Assembly (NCBI GenBank): GCA_964526505.1
Contig: CAZGJC010000001.1
Location: forward strand, 16,105 to 80,104
Direction of reading: 5' to 3'
From: an uncultured Clostridium sp.
GTDB taxonomy: Bacteria; Bacillota; Clostridia; Oscillospirales; CAG-272
Length of the DNA: 64,000 nucleotides
Positions within the stretch are counted from its first letter, which is position 1. Each line of letters starts with the position of its first letter. Under the pieces are notes generated by a model that ran no database searches, was not told the DNA's origin, and saw nothing but the letters and a program-made list of their open reading frames with translations. Of the stretch, positions 18,110 to 27,552 are shown piece after piece. Made by a program: the position numbers and the translations under genes.

Positions 18110-19409
18110 AATCTTCGTCGTTTACAGGTGTTACGAGAACGGTAAGTTTCATAATTCTGAACTCATCCATTTCGGTAACGATAACACACAGATTTTTATA
18201 TGTAAAACTGTCGCCAACATGTGGGTCGGCATTAAGTTCTTCGACAGCCCATCCGCCGACGGTGGAGTATTCACATTCAAAATCATTATCTTCGAACTCG
18301 ATTTCAGAGAAGAAATCGTCGATATTCATATCTCCCGAAACATCATAGGTGTTTTCTCCGGTGCGTTCAATCATTGACACTATTTCGTCGGATTCGTCCC
18401 ATATATCTCCTACTATTTCTTCGAGTATGTCTTCCATCGTGACCAGTCCCAGCGTACCACCGAACTCGTCGATAACAATTGCAAGGTGGGTTTTTTCTTC
18501 ACGCATAATTGCAAGTGCGTTGGGAAGTTTCATTGTTTTATGTATCATTTTAGGACGAAGAAGCAGAGACCGCAGGTCGATTTTTGAATGATCTCCGTCA
18601 TATTCGGCAAGTTGTTTGTAGTAATGATTTAAATAAAGTATACCGATAACATTGTCAATATCGTCTTCATAGACGGGAATGCGTGAATATCTTGAATTTT
18701 CTATTATTTCGAGAATGTTTTCAGCATCGTCGTCGATATCTATGTCCACCATGTTCATACGTGGAGTCATAACTTCTTCTACGGTCGTATCCTGAAATTC
18801 CAAAGTGGATTGAAGCAATTCGCTTTTATCCTCGTCGATAACCCCTTCCTCTTCGACCGCATCAATTATCGTTGAAAGTTCTTCTTCTGTAACGGTTGGA
18901 GAATTTTCGTCTCTCTCTTTGCCCCATAATTTCGACAAGAGTTTAACTATGAGAAGTACGATAAATACGAGCGGATAAAGAATAATAGTGATTATTTTAA
19001 TCGGAAATGCAACAAACCGAGATACTTTATCGGCGTACTGTTTACATACGATTTTGGGTACAATTTCTCCGAAAATCAATACGATAAGAGTAAGTACTAT
19101 GGTTGCTATGAATGATGCGAGAGATTCGTTGTTGTTATTAAAATCTTTGAATATGTTAATCGCAATAAGTGTTGCCGCAGTGGATGCGGCGATGTTTGCA
19201 AGGTTATTGCCTATAAGAATTGCCGAAAGTGTTGACGTGAAATTTTCAACGGTTTTGTATGCCAATTTTGCGGTTGAAGATCCGTTTTCGGCAGATTTTT
19301 TCAGTCGGGACTTGTTTGCGGAATTGAACGCTATCTCACTTCCGGAAAACAGTGCAGAGAAAGCAAGGCATATAAAAATTACAATCAAAGAGGGAATATA
19401 TTTCGTCAT
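18108..19409 (-). CDS. CNNM/CorC/TlyC-family protein (DUF21 transmembrane domain, CBS pair, CorC_HlyC domain)
   Basis: N-terminal TM region with GSEIAF, a CBS region (VEEVMTPR..), and a C-terminal domain with GGW..E.L...P..GD.F. Confidence 0.88.
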   Translation of the reverse strand: MTKYIPSLIVIFICLAFSALFSGSEIAFNSANKSRLKKSAENGSSTAKLAYKTVENFTSTLSAILIGNNLANIAASTAATLIAINIFKDFNNNNESLASFIATIVLTLIVLIFGEIVPKIVCKQYADKVSRFVAFPIKIITIILYPLVFIVLLIVKLLSKLWGKERDENSPTVTEEELSTIIDAVEEEGVIDEDKSELLQSTLEFQDTTVEEVMTPRMNMVDIDIDDDAENILEIIENSRYSRIPVYEDDIDNVIGILYLNHYYKQLAEYDGDHSKIDLRSLLLRPKMIHKTMKLPNALAIMREEKTHLAIVIDEFGGTLGLVTMEDILEEIVGDIWDESDEIVSMIERTGENTYDVSGDMNIDDFFSEIEFEDNDFECEYSTVGGWAVEELNADPHVGDSFTYKNLCVIVTEMDEFRIMKLTVLVTPVNDED

Positions 19410-20755
19410 AATATATCTTCACCTCCTACGATTACTGAATCGTCCTTTGCAAATACAGAGTTCTCCGCCGCAATTTCGGACTCGTTCATAATACGCATTT
19501 CAATATAGGATACTCTACCGTCTTCAACGGTATCAACTGTGATTTCCACGTTATTATAAGTAAAAGACTCTCCCTCGTCCGGAATTTTTCCGAACGTTTC
19601 AATAACCCAAGAAAGTACAGGGCGATTCGCTATATGCGATTCTTTAATTTCAAGGTGCATTCTCGAGAACGCTTCTTTTACTGTCATCTTTGTATTGACT
19701 CTGAATTTATTACCGCCAAGTTTGGTGAAATTATTATCTACAACGTCGTCCTCGTCCCAAATTTCACCTACAAGCTCTTCAAGAAAATCCTCGATTGTTA
19801 CTATGCCAAGAGTTTCGCCACGCTCACCGCTTACAACGGCAAGATAAAATTTGTGTTGTCTCATATTGGTAAGCAAATCGTCGATTTTTGCATTACTTTT
19901 TACAAAGAACGGTTGGATAAGCAGTGTTCTTATATTTAAAGAAGGGTCTTTATAATATTCTTTTATAAAGTTTCTTATCGGCAACGTGCCGATGATATTG
20001 TCAATATCGCCGTCGTAAACGGGAAGACGGGAATGTTTTGACTGTTTTATCGTGACCATTATCTGGTCGTTTGTCATTGACGCATCGAGAGCAAGAATAT
20101 CATCCCTCATTGTCATAACGTCACGAGCGGTTGTTTCGGAAAACTCTATTGCGGACTTGAACAGTTCGCTTTGGTCCTCGTCTACAACGCCTTCTTCCTC
20201 GGCGGTTTCAATTATGTCGTACAATTCTTCTTCGGTTATAGATGGTTCATCGTTACCTTTGAAAAGTTTCGTTACGCTTGTTGTTATCATACCGAAAAAT
20301 GCGGAGAGAGGCGTGAAAATTTTCATAAAGAACATCATGATGCCTGAAAAGTGAATGGAAGTCCAGAGAGGTTTGTCGTTTGCAAAACTTTTTGGAATCA
20401 TCTCACCGAACAGGAATATAATTGCTGTTGCCCATATGGTAGCTATGATACTTTGAGTGCTTTCGTCAATATTTGTTGATGACAGAACATCAAGCGTTAC
20501 CAACGTTGCAACTGAAGCGGCGGCAATTTTTACAATATTATTGCCGATAAGAAGAGTTGTGAGTGCCTTGTCAAAATTATTTGCGATATACAAAGCACGT
20601 TTTGCCTTTTTGTTACCTTCGTCAGCCATATTTTTAACACGTATTTTGTTTATGAGTGAAAATGCACTCTCCGCACTGGAAAAATATGCAGCGAAAATAA
20701 CGAGAATAATGAATAGAGTTATAAGTAAACTTAAACTTCGACCGTCGTCCGGCAT
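19406..20755 (-). CDS. CNNM/CorC/TlyC-family protein, tandem paralogue
   Basis: Same DUF21-CBS-CorC architecture (SAESAFS, ARDVMTMR, LSWVIETFGKIPDEGESF). Start placed at MPDDGRS (ATG 20755). The ORF-track start at 20857 adds a non-homologous leader. Overlaps the downstream paralogue by 4 nt. Confidence 0.83.
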   Translation of the reverse strand: MPDDGRSLSLLITLFIILVIFAAYFSSAESAFSLINKIRVKNMADEGNKKAKRALYIANNFDKALTTLLIGNNIVKIAAASVATLVTLDVLSSTNIDESTQSIIATIWATAIIFLFGEMIPKSFANDKPLWTSIHFSGIMMFFMKIFTPLSAFFGMITTSVTKLFKGNDEPSITEEELYDIIETAEEEGVVDEDQSELFKSAIEFSETTARDVMTMRDDILALDASMTNDQIMVTIKQSKHSRLPVYDGDIDNIIGTLPIRNFIKEYYKDPSLNIRTLLIQPFFVKSNAKIDDLLTNMRQHKFYLAVVSGERGETLGIVTIEDFLEELVGEIWDEDDVVDNNFTKLGGNKFRVNTKMTVKEAFSRMHLEIKESHIANRPVLSWVIETFGKIPDEGESFTYNNVEITVDTVEDGRVSYIEMRIMNESEIAAENSVFAKDDSVIVGGEDIL

Positions 20756-21004
20756 TGTGGGAAATGTTTCTCCTTTTTTTGTTATTATGCAAAATGCATA
20801 GAAAAAGAGCATTTTACATTTATGATATATTATATAGTTTTTTGCGTACTTTGTCAAGAGATTTGCAAAATATTTGACCCTTTAAAAACAAAAGGGAGTA
20901 ATTTTTATAAATGACTTCACAAAAACAGAAAATTATGTTATAATAAAACGATATAATATATTATGATGTTGAAAACTTAGAGTACAAAGAAGGAGAAGTA
21001 TAAT

Positions 21005-22918
21005 TTGAACGATAAAATAAGTAATTATTCGTACAGATATCTCGGAAAAATAAACTCTCCTGACGAGTTGAAAAAATACAGCGATGCGGAAATGCCTGTG
21101 CTTTGCAGTGAAATTCGTGATTTTCTTGTTAAAAGAGTCAGTGAAAACGGCGGTCACTTGGCATCTAACTTAGGTGTTGTTGAATTGACTGTTGCAATAC
21201 ACCGAAATTTCAATTGTCCGCACGACCACATAATATTTGACGTTGGTCATCAAAGTTACGTACATAAAATTCTTACCGGAAGATACGATAAATTTGACAC
21301 GTTGCGTCAGAGCGGAGGACTTTCGGGATTTACAAAGAGAAGCGAAAGCGAATACGATTGTTTTGGAGCGGGTCACAGTTCAACATCCATCTCGGCGGGA
21401 CTTGGATTTGCCGAGTCTGATAAACTTTCGGGTAGTGACGCATATACTGTGGTCGTATTGGGCGACGGTGCGTTTACCGGTGGTATGATACACGAGGCTT
21501 TGAACAATTGCAGGCGGGGACTTAAATTGATAATTATTCTCAATGAGAATGAAATGTCAATATCCAAAAATATAGGACGATTTGCAAAGAATATCGCACG
21601 GCTCAGAAAGAAGAGCGGTTATTTTAAAGCCAAAAGAGTTACAAGTTCTGTTATAAGACGTATTCCGCTTGTTGGAAAGTACGTATACAGTGGAATCAGA
21701 AAAGTTAAAAAATCCTTTAAAAATTTACTTTACGGAAGTAATTATTTTGAGGATATGGGGCTATACTATCTCGGACCTGTTGACGGTAACAAATATGAAG
21801 ACGTTGATGCACTTATCAAGGAGGCTAAAAAAGCAGGAGAGAGCGTTATTATTCACATTAAAACTCAAAAGGGAAAAGGGTACAAGCCCGCTGAGGAAAA
21901 TCCCGGGGGATATCATGGCATAAGTCCCATATCAAAATCTGAAATGAGCAGTAGTTTTTCAAAGGAATTTGGGAAATGCCTTTCGGAGTTGGCGGAAAAT
22001 GACGAGAAAATTTGTGCCATTACGGCCGCTATGAGTAGTGGAACGGGTCTTGATGCTTTTGAAAAGAAATTCCCCGATAGATTTTTTGACGTGGGAATAG
22101 CAGAGGAGCATGCGGTGACGTTTGCAACGGGTCTCTCCGCAAACGGATATAAACCGGTTTTTGCAGTGTATTCAACGTTCTTGCAACGAAGTTATGACCA
22201 AATTATTCATGACGCCGCATTGCAAAATTTACCACTTGTTTTGGCGATTGACCGTGCGGGTCTTAATCCGTCCGACGGTGCCACGCATCACGGAATATTC
22301 GACGTTGCTTTCCTGTCCCAAATCCCGGGTGTCGAGATATACACCCCGGTAACATACGGCGGATTACGTGAATCGCTAAAACGTGGATTGGAAAGAAATT
22401 GCGTATCTGCGGTGAGATACGTAAACGGTGAAGAAAACAAGGAAATAGCGAATATTTTTTATCCGAAAGGTGATTTTGAAAATATAGGTGTAAGAACAGC
22501 CGATAATAATTTTGCCGACGTTCTTTTTGTGACACATGGCAGGATGTCGCATGAATGTTTGAGGGCAAGAGAGGTATTGAAGTCATGCGGAATATCTTCA
22601 AACGTTGCTCTTTGCGAGTATATAAAACCATATGACAAACTTGCGTACGATATACTGAAAGTTATCGATGTGATTCGCCCACGTGTGATTGTATTTGCGG
22701 AAGAAGAAATTAAAGCGGGCGGATTCGGAATGATGTTATCGGAAAAAATAAGACGTGATTTGGAGCGATTAGATATACGCTATACGATTGTTGCGACTGA
22801 CGACTCGTTTGTTATACAAGATGAAAATGAACCAATATACAAGAGTGCTTGTGTAGACTTTGAAACTTTGGCAGGACGCAGTGCCGAGTTGTTTTACGAA
22901 TGGAGAGATAAAAAGTGA
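21005..22918 (+). CDS. dxs: 1-deoxy-D-xylulose-5-phosphate synthase
   Basis: GGHLASNLGVVELTVA, DVGHQSY.HKILTGR, GDGAFTGGM (TPP binding), and ITAAM..GTGL. TTG start with AAGGAG 9 nt upstream. Confidence 0.95.
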   Translation: MNDKISNYSYRYLGKINSPDELKKYSDAEMPVLCSEIRDFLVKRVSENGGHLASNLGVVELTVAIHRNFNCPHDHIIFDVGHQSYVHKILTGRYDKFDTLRQSGGLSGFTKRSESEYDCFGAGHSSTSISAGLGFAESDKLSGSDAYTVVVLGDGAFTGGMIHEALNNCRRGLKLIIILNENEMSISKNIGRFAKNIARLRKKSGYFKAKRVTSSVIRRIPLVGKYVYSGIRKVKKSFKNLLYGSNYFEDMGLYYLGPVDGNKYEDVDALIKEAKKAGESVIIHIKTQKGKGYKPAEENPGGYHGISPISKSEMSSSFSKEFGKCLSELAENDEKICAITAAMSSGTGLDAFEKKFPDRFFDVGIAEEHAVTFATGLSANGYKPVFAVYSTFLQRSYDQIIHDAALQNLPLVLAIDRAGLNPSDGATHHGIFDVAFLSQIPGVEIYTPVTYGGLRESLKRGLERNCVSAVRYVNGEENKEIANIFYPKGDFENIGVRTADNNFADVLFVTHGRMSHECLRAREVLKSCGISSNVALCEYIKPYDKLAYDILKVIDVIRPRVIVFAEEEIKAGGFGMMLSEKIRRDLERLDIRYTIVATDDSFVIQDENEPIYKSACVDFETLAGRSAELFYEWRDKK

Positions 22919-25302
22919 AATTTTGTGAAAAAACTTTAATATCACTTGAATATGATAAAATACGTGAGATGCTTGCAAATATGGCTCCTACCGAAGGTGC
23001 AAAGCAAATGGTGTTGGAACTTGAACCTTTTGATGATATTGATATTATAGTTCGTCGTCAAAAATTCACAACTGACGCCAAAAGGCTTATCGAAGCCAAA
23101 GGAACGCCGTCATTCGGAATGATTGTCGATATACTCGGAAGTTGTGAGAGAGCCAAAAAGGGTGCAACGCTGTCGCCATCGGAAATACTTGCGATAGGCA
23201 ACGTGCTTAAAACATCAAGAGGACTTAGGGAATATTGCTTTGGAAATCACATTATGGATACTGTGCTTGATGAGGTTTTCGAGAGGCTTTTGCCCAATAA
23301 AACTTTGGAAGACAGAATATACCGTTCAATCATATCGGAAGATATGATTGCCGACGATGCCTCGTCAACTCTTGCGAACATACGCAGACAAATAAGAATA
23401 ACCAACAGCAGAATCAAGGAAGTGTTGCAAAAGTACGTTCAGGGTGGGTCACATTCCAAATATCTTCAAGAAAATATCGTAACAACAAGAAACGGAAGAT
23501 ACGTTGTACCTGTCAGAGCGGAATGCAAAAATGATGTTAAAGGTCTTGTGCATGACACGTCATCGTCAGGGGCAACACTGTTTATAGAGCCGTCGCAGGT
23601 TGTTGAGGCGAATAATGAACTTCGTGTTTTGGAATCAAAAGAGGAGCATGAGATAGAGAGGATTTTATCCGAACTTTCGGCACAGATCGCCGATTATTCC
23701 GACAGAATATTGCTCAATTATTCCAATATAACGGAATTGGCATTCTATTTTACATGTGCCAAGGCGTCGGTCCATATGGATGGAATTTCGCCCATCATAT
23801 CCGATACGGGTATTATTGAACTTAAACGTGCAAGACACCCGCTTATAGATCGTGATCGTGTTGTCCCGATAAACGTCTATCTGGGAGGCGATTTTGACAC
23901 TATGATTATAACGGGTCCCAATACGGGTGGAAAAACCGTTACGCTTAAAACGCTTGGTCTTTTTGTGCTTATGGCACAGTCGGGGTTGCATGTGCCTTGT
24001 GATGAGGGATCCTCGATCTGTGTGTTGTCCGACGTGCTGGTTGATATCGGAGACGAACAGAGTATAGAACAATCTCTTTCCACGTTTTCGTCGCACATGG
24101 TTAACATTGTTTCGTTTCTGCCACGCATAACGAAAAAATCTCTTGTTTTATTTGATGAGCTTGGAGTCGGAACGGACCCGGTGGAGGGTGCGGCACTTGC
24201 TGTATCCATAATAGACTACGTGAGAAAAAAAGGTGCAATTTGTGCGGCAACAACGCACTATGCGGAACTTAAAGCATATGCACTTGACACGCCGGGTATT
24301 TGCAATGCTTCTTGTGAATTCGATGTGGAAACACTTCGTCCGACGTATAAATTGATTATCGGAACGCCGGGTAAATCCAACGCTTTCGCAATTTCCGAAA
24401 AACTCGGCCTTTCCAAGGAAATTATAAACTATGCGGAAAATTACGTAAATTCCGGTAGCAGAAGATTTGAAGATGTAATAGGTCAACTCGAAGCAAGCAG
24501 AGTTGAGATGGATAAGTATCGAGATGAGGCACAAAAGGCAAGAGACGATTATGAAAAATTCAAGACCGAGGCGGAAAAACAGATAAGACAGAGACTGGAA
24601 ACCTCGGAGAAAGAACTTGAACGGGCGAGAGAGCGTGCATCGGCGTTGGTATCTTCCGCAAAAGCGTCAAGTGATTATATACTTGAAGAGATGGATAAAC
24701 TTCGAAAGAAAAAAGAGTCGGAAAATCTCGGAGATGAAATTGCAAAGACAAGAAGAGCGGTCAGAGAACATTTGCGTCAAAATCAAGACAAATTCGACCC
24801 TGTGGAAGAAGTTCGTGAGGATGATGATATGTATTGTCCCGAATTTGTCAAAAAGGGTGATGAAGTATTTGTAATGACACTCGGCAAGGATGCGGAAGCG
24901 TTGTCGGATATGGACAAATCGGGAAACGTACAAATACGTGCCGGGGTTCTCACAACAAGAGTAAATATTAAAAATTTGCGTGTGAGAAAGGGAAAATCGG
25001 AGAAAAAAACTCAAAAGACCGGAACAAGTGGCGGATATACGTTAAAGAGAGACACGACTTTTAAAGACGAAATAGATCTTAGAGGAATGACGGGAGACGA
25101 GGCTTGGCTTGCGGTCGATAAATATTTTGACGAAGCAATGCTTGCGGGTATCGGCAGAGTGAGGCTGATACACGGAAAAGGTACCGGAGCTTTAAAAAAA
25201 GCACTGTGGGGATTTTTAAGAACCGACAGACGCATATCATCATACCGAATAGGACAGTGGGGCGAGGGTGACGGTGGAGTCACTGTTGTGGATTTAAAAT
25301 AA
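22915..25302 (+). CDS. mutS2: endonuclease MutS2 (MutS domain V ATPase plus C-terminal Smr domain)
   Basis: Walker A ITGPNTGGKTV, a coiled-coil region, and the C-terminal Smr motif DLRGM..EA......D.A.....V..IHGKGTGAL. GTGA overlap with the dxs stop. Confidence 0.95.
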   Translation: MKFCEKTLISLEYDKIREMLANMAPTEGAKQMVLELEPFDDIDIIVRRQKFTTDAKRLIEAKGTPSFGMIVDILGSCERAKKGATLSPSEILAIGNVLKTSRGLREYCFGNHIMDTVLDEVFERLLPNKTLEDRIYRSIISEDMIADDASSTLANIRRQIRITNSRIKEVLQKYVQGGSHSKYLQENIVTTRNGRYVVPVRAECKNDVKGLVHDTSSSGATLFIEPSQVVEANNELRVLESKEEHEIERILSELSAQIADYSDRILLNYSNITELAFYFTCAKASVHMDGISPIISDTGIIELKRARHPLIDRDRVVPINVYLGGDFDTMIITGPNTGGKTVTLKTLGLFVLMAQSGLHVPCDEGSSICVLSDVLVDIGDEQSIEQSLSTFSSHMVNIVSFLPRITKKSLVLFDELGVGTDPVEGAALAVSIIDYVRKKGAICAATTHYAELKAYALDTPGICNASCEFDVETLRPTYKLIIGTPGKSNAFAISEKLGLSKEIINYAENYVNSGSRRFEDVIGQLEASRVEMDKYRDEAQKARDDYEKFKTEAEKQIRQRLETSEKELERARERASALVSSAKASSDYILEEMDKLRKKKESENLGDEIAKTRRAVREHLRQNQDKFDPVEEVREDDDMYCPEFVKKGDEVFVMTLGKDAEALSDMDKSGNVQIRAGVLTTRVNIKNLRVRKGKSEKKTQKTGTSGGYTLKRDTTFKDEIDLRGMTGDEAWLAVDKYFDEAMLAGIGRVRLIHGKGTGALKKALWGFLRTDRRISSYRIGQWGEGDGGVTVVDLK

Positions 25303-25383
25303 AATTTGGTGCGAGAGCCATAAATGCTTTCGCACCTTTTTTTGTACATTTCAGTATAATATATTGAGACAAGTATTTTTTTA

Positions 25384-25412
25384 TTGACATTATTCGCTAT
25401 TTGTGGTATAAT
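25384..25412 (+). promoter_or_regulatory. sigma-A-type promoter for the LbH-glmM-glmS(-DUF2974) gene string
   Basis: TTGACA (25384-25389), 17 nt, TATAAT (25407-25412) with a TGG extended -10. Confidence 0.65.
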
Positions 25413-25460
25413 GAAAGCCACGGCGACTACCTATATAATAGTATAATGAAAGGCTTGAAT

Positions 25461-26132
25461 ATGCTTGATATAAAAATATGCGACTTGTATGATTTGTCGC
25501 ATACGTTGGCAAAAGATTTTCTTGACGGCTTTGAGTATCCGTGGGAGGCACTGGACGGAATCGGTGATTTTGTTATCAAACTCGGAGAATCACTTGATTT
25601 ATCACAATATGATTATAAAGGAAATGGTGTTTGGGTCTCCAAAAGTGCTAAAATTTATGAGACCGCTTGTATATGCGGTCCTTGTATTATAGGGCATAAT
25701 ACGGAAGTTCGTCCGAGTGCGTTTATTCGAGGCAACGTCTTGGTTGGCGATGGTTGCGTAGTGGGGAATTCAACGGAGTTGAAAAACGTTATACTTTTCG
25801 ACGGGGTTCAGGTTCCGCATTACAACTACGTGGGCGACAGCATCTTGGGATATAAATCGCATATGGGTGCAGGTTCTATAACAAGTAACGTAAAGTCCGA
25901 CAAAACGCTTGTGTGTGTAAAAGATACAAATACAGGCACAAAAATAGAAACAAATCGAAAAAAAGTGGGTGCAATGCTCGGCGATTTTGCGGAGATCGGT
26001 TGCAATTCAGTTTTAAACCCGGGGACTGTTATCGGAAGAGGAACGTCTGTTTATCCACTTTCATCCGTGCGAGGTGTGGTCCACGAAAATTCAATATACA
26101 AATCGGGTGACGAAATAGTCACAAAAAAATAA
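25461..26132 (+). CDS. stand-alone left-handed beta-helix (hexapeptide-repeat) acyltransferase resembling the GlmU C-terminal domain
   Basis: HYNYVGDSILGYKSHMGAGSITSN...KVGAMLGDFAEIGCNSVLNPGTVIGRGTSVY parallels the GlmU acetyltransferase core. There is no nucleotidyltransferase domain. Start is ATG 25461 (AAAGG RBS); the ATG at 25446 is an alternative. Confidence 0.68.
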   Translation: MLDIKICDLYDLSHTLAKDFLDGFEYPWEALDGIGDFVIKLGESLDLSQYDYKGNGVWVSKSAKIYETACICGPCIIGHNTEVRPSAFIRGNVLVGDGCVVGNSTELKNVILFDGVQVPHYNYVGDSILGYKSHMGAGSITSNVKSDKTLVCVKDTNTGTKIETNRKKVGAMLGDFAEIGCNSVLNPGTVIGRGTSVYPLSSVRGVVHENSIYKSGDEIVTKK

Positions 26133-26151
26133 TTTAAACAGGAGAAAACTC

Positions 26152-27513
26152 ATGGGAAAATATTTTGGGACTGACGGTTTCAGAGGAGAGGCAAACGTCA
26201 CTCTGACGGCAGTACACGCTTATAAAGTGGGCAAATTTCTCGGTTGGTACTTCGGGCGAAAAGCAAAAATAAGGGGTGAACATGCACGCATTGTAATAGG
26301 AAAAGATACAAGACGCTCTTCGTATATGTTTGAAGACGCTTTGTCGTCCGGTATAACGGCGGCAGGTGCAGATGCGTATCTTCTTCACGTGACAACGACA
26401 CCTTCGGTTGCGTACATTGCAAAAAATGAAAATTTCGACTGTGGTATAATGATATCCGCAAGTCATAATCCGTACTATGATAACGGAATAAAACTTATGA
26501 ATTCAAACGGCGAGAAAATGGATGACGAAACCATCTCGCAAATTGAGGAATATTTGGACGGCATAAGAGGAGAAGTGCCTTATGCCAAAAGAGAGGATAT
26601 AGGTCGTACGGTTGACTATATTTCAGGAAGAAACAAGTACATCGGTCACCTTATTTCTTTGTCTGAACATTCATTTGAGGGCAAGCGTGTCGGTCTTGAC
26701 TGTGCAAACGGCAGTTCGTGGTATATTGCAAAGGTTATATACGAGGCACTTGGTGCTAAGACTTTTGTTATGAACGCAGAACCCGACGGTACAAATATAA
26801 ATGCAAATGCGGGAAGCACGCACATTGAGGGGCTTTGCGAATTTGTTCGTGAAAACCAACTTGACGTCGGATTTGCGTTCGACGGAGATGCAGACAGATG
26901 CTTGTGCGTAGATGAAAACGGTCAGGTGGTTGACGGTGATAAAATTCTCTACATTTATGCGAGTTATCTCAAAGAACGTGGAGAATTGACGAATAACACG
27001 GTTGTAGCAACGGTTATGTCAAACTGCGGATTATTCAAAGCACTTGACGAATTGGGAATTGATTATGCCAAAACGGCGGTGGGTGACAAAAACGTTCACG
27101 ATTATATGGTTGCCAATGATAATTGCATTGGAGGCGAGCAATCGGGACACATTATTTTCAGAAAATTCGCTTCTACGGGAGACGGAATTTTAACATCTCT
27201 GAAAATTATGGAGGCAATGCTTGAAAAGGATTTGCCCCTGTCTAAACTTTCGGAACCCGTGACTATATTTCCGCAAGTTCTGGTAAATGTCAAAGTCAAG
27301 GATAAGACAGCCGTCATGTCGGCTCCGCTTGTTCTTGAAGGAATAAGACGTGCGGAGGAACTTATAGGAAGTAACGGAAGAATGCTTGTAAGAGAATCCG
27401 GAACAGAACCGTTGGTACGTGTTATGGCTGAAGCGTCAGACACGGATACTTGCAAAAAATGCATTAAAATCGTTACCGATGCGATTGCCGCATGCGGGTT
27501 TCTCTTGAAATAA
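26152..27513 (+). CDS. glmM: phosphoglucosamine mutase
   Basis: YFGTDGFRG, active-site SASHNPYYDNGIK, FDGDADR, and GGEQSGH. Confidence 0.96.
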   Translation: MGKYFGTDGFRGEANVTLTAVHAYKVGKFLGWYFGRKAKIRGEHARIVIGKDTRRSSYMFEDALSSGITAAGADAYLLHVTTTPSVAYIAKNENFDCGIMISASHNPYYDNGIKLMNSNGEKMDDETISQIEEYLDGIRGEVPYAKREDIGRTVDYISGRNKYIGHLISLSEHSFEGKRVGLDCANGSSWYIAKVIYEALGAKTFVMNAEPDGTNINANAGSTHIEGLCEFVRENQLDVGFAFDGDADRCLCVDENGQVVDGDKILYIYASYLKERGELTNNTVVATVMSNCGLFKALDELGIDYAKTAVGDKNVHDYMVANDNCIGGEQSGHIIFRKFASTGDGILTSLKIMEAMLEKDLPLSKLSEPVTIFPQVLVNVKVKDKTAVMSAPLVLEGIRRAEELIGSNGRMLVRESGTEPLVRVMAEASDTDTCKKCIKIVTDAIAACGFLLK

Positions 27514-27552
27514 ATCTGATTGTCGCTTGTGCGACGGAATGGAGAACATTAT

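Noticed and set aside
27514-27552. Looked for a glmS ribozyme upstream of glmS
   Set aside because: Only about 40 nt separate the glmM stop from the glmS Met-Cys start. That is far too short for the ribozyme of roughly 170 nt, and no ribozyme-like core was seen at 25303-25460 either.
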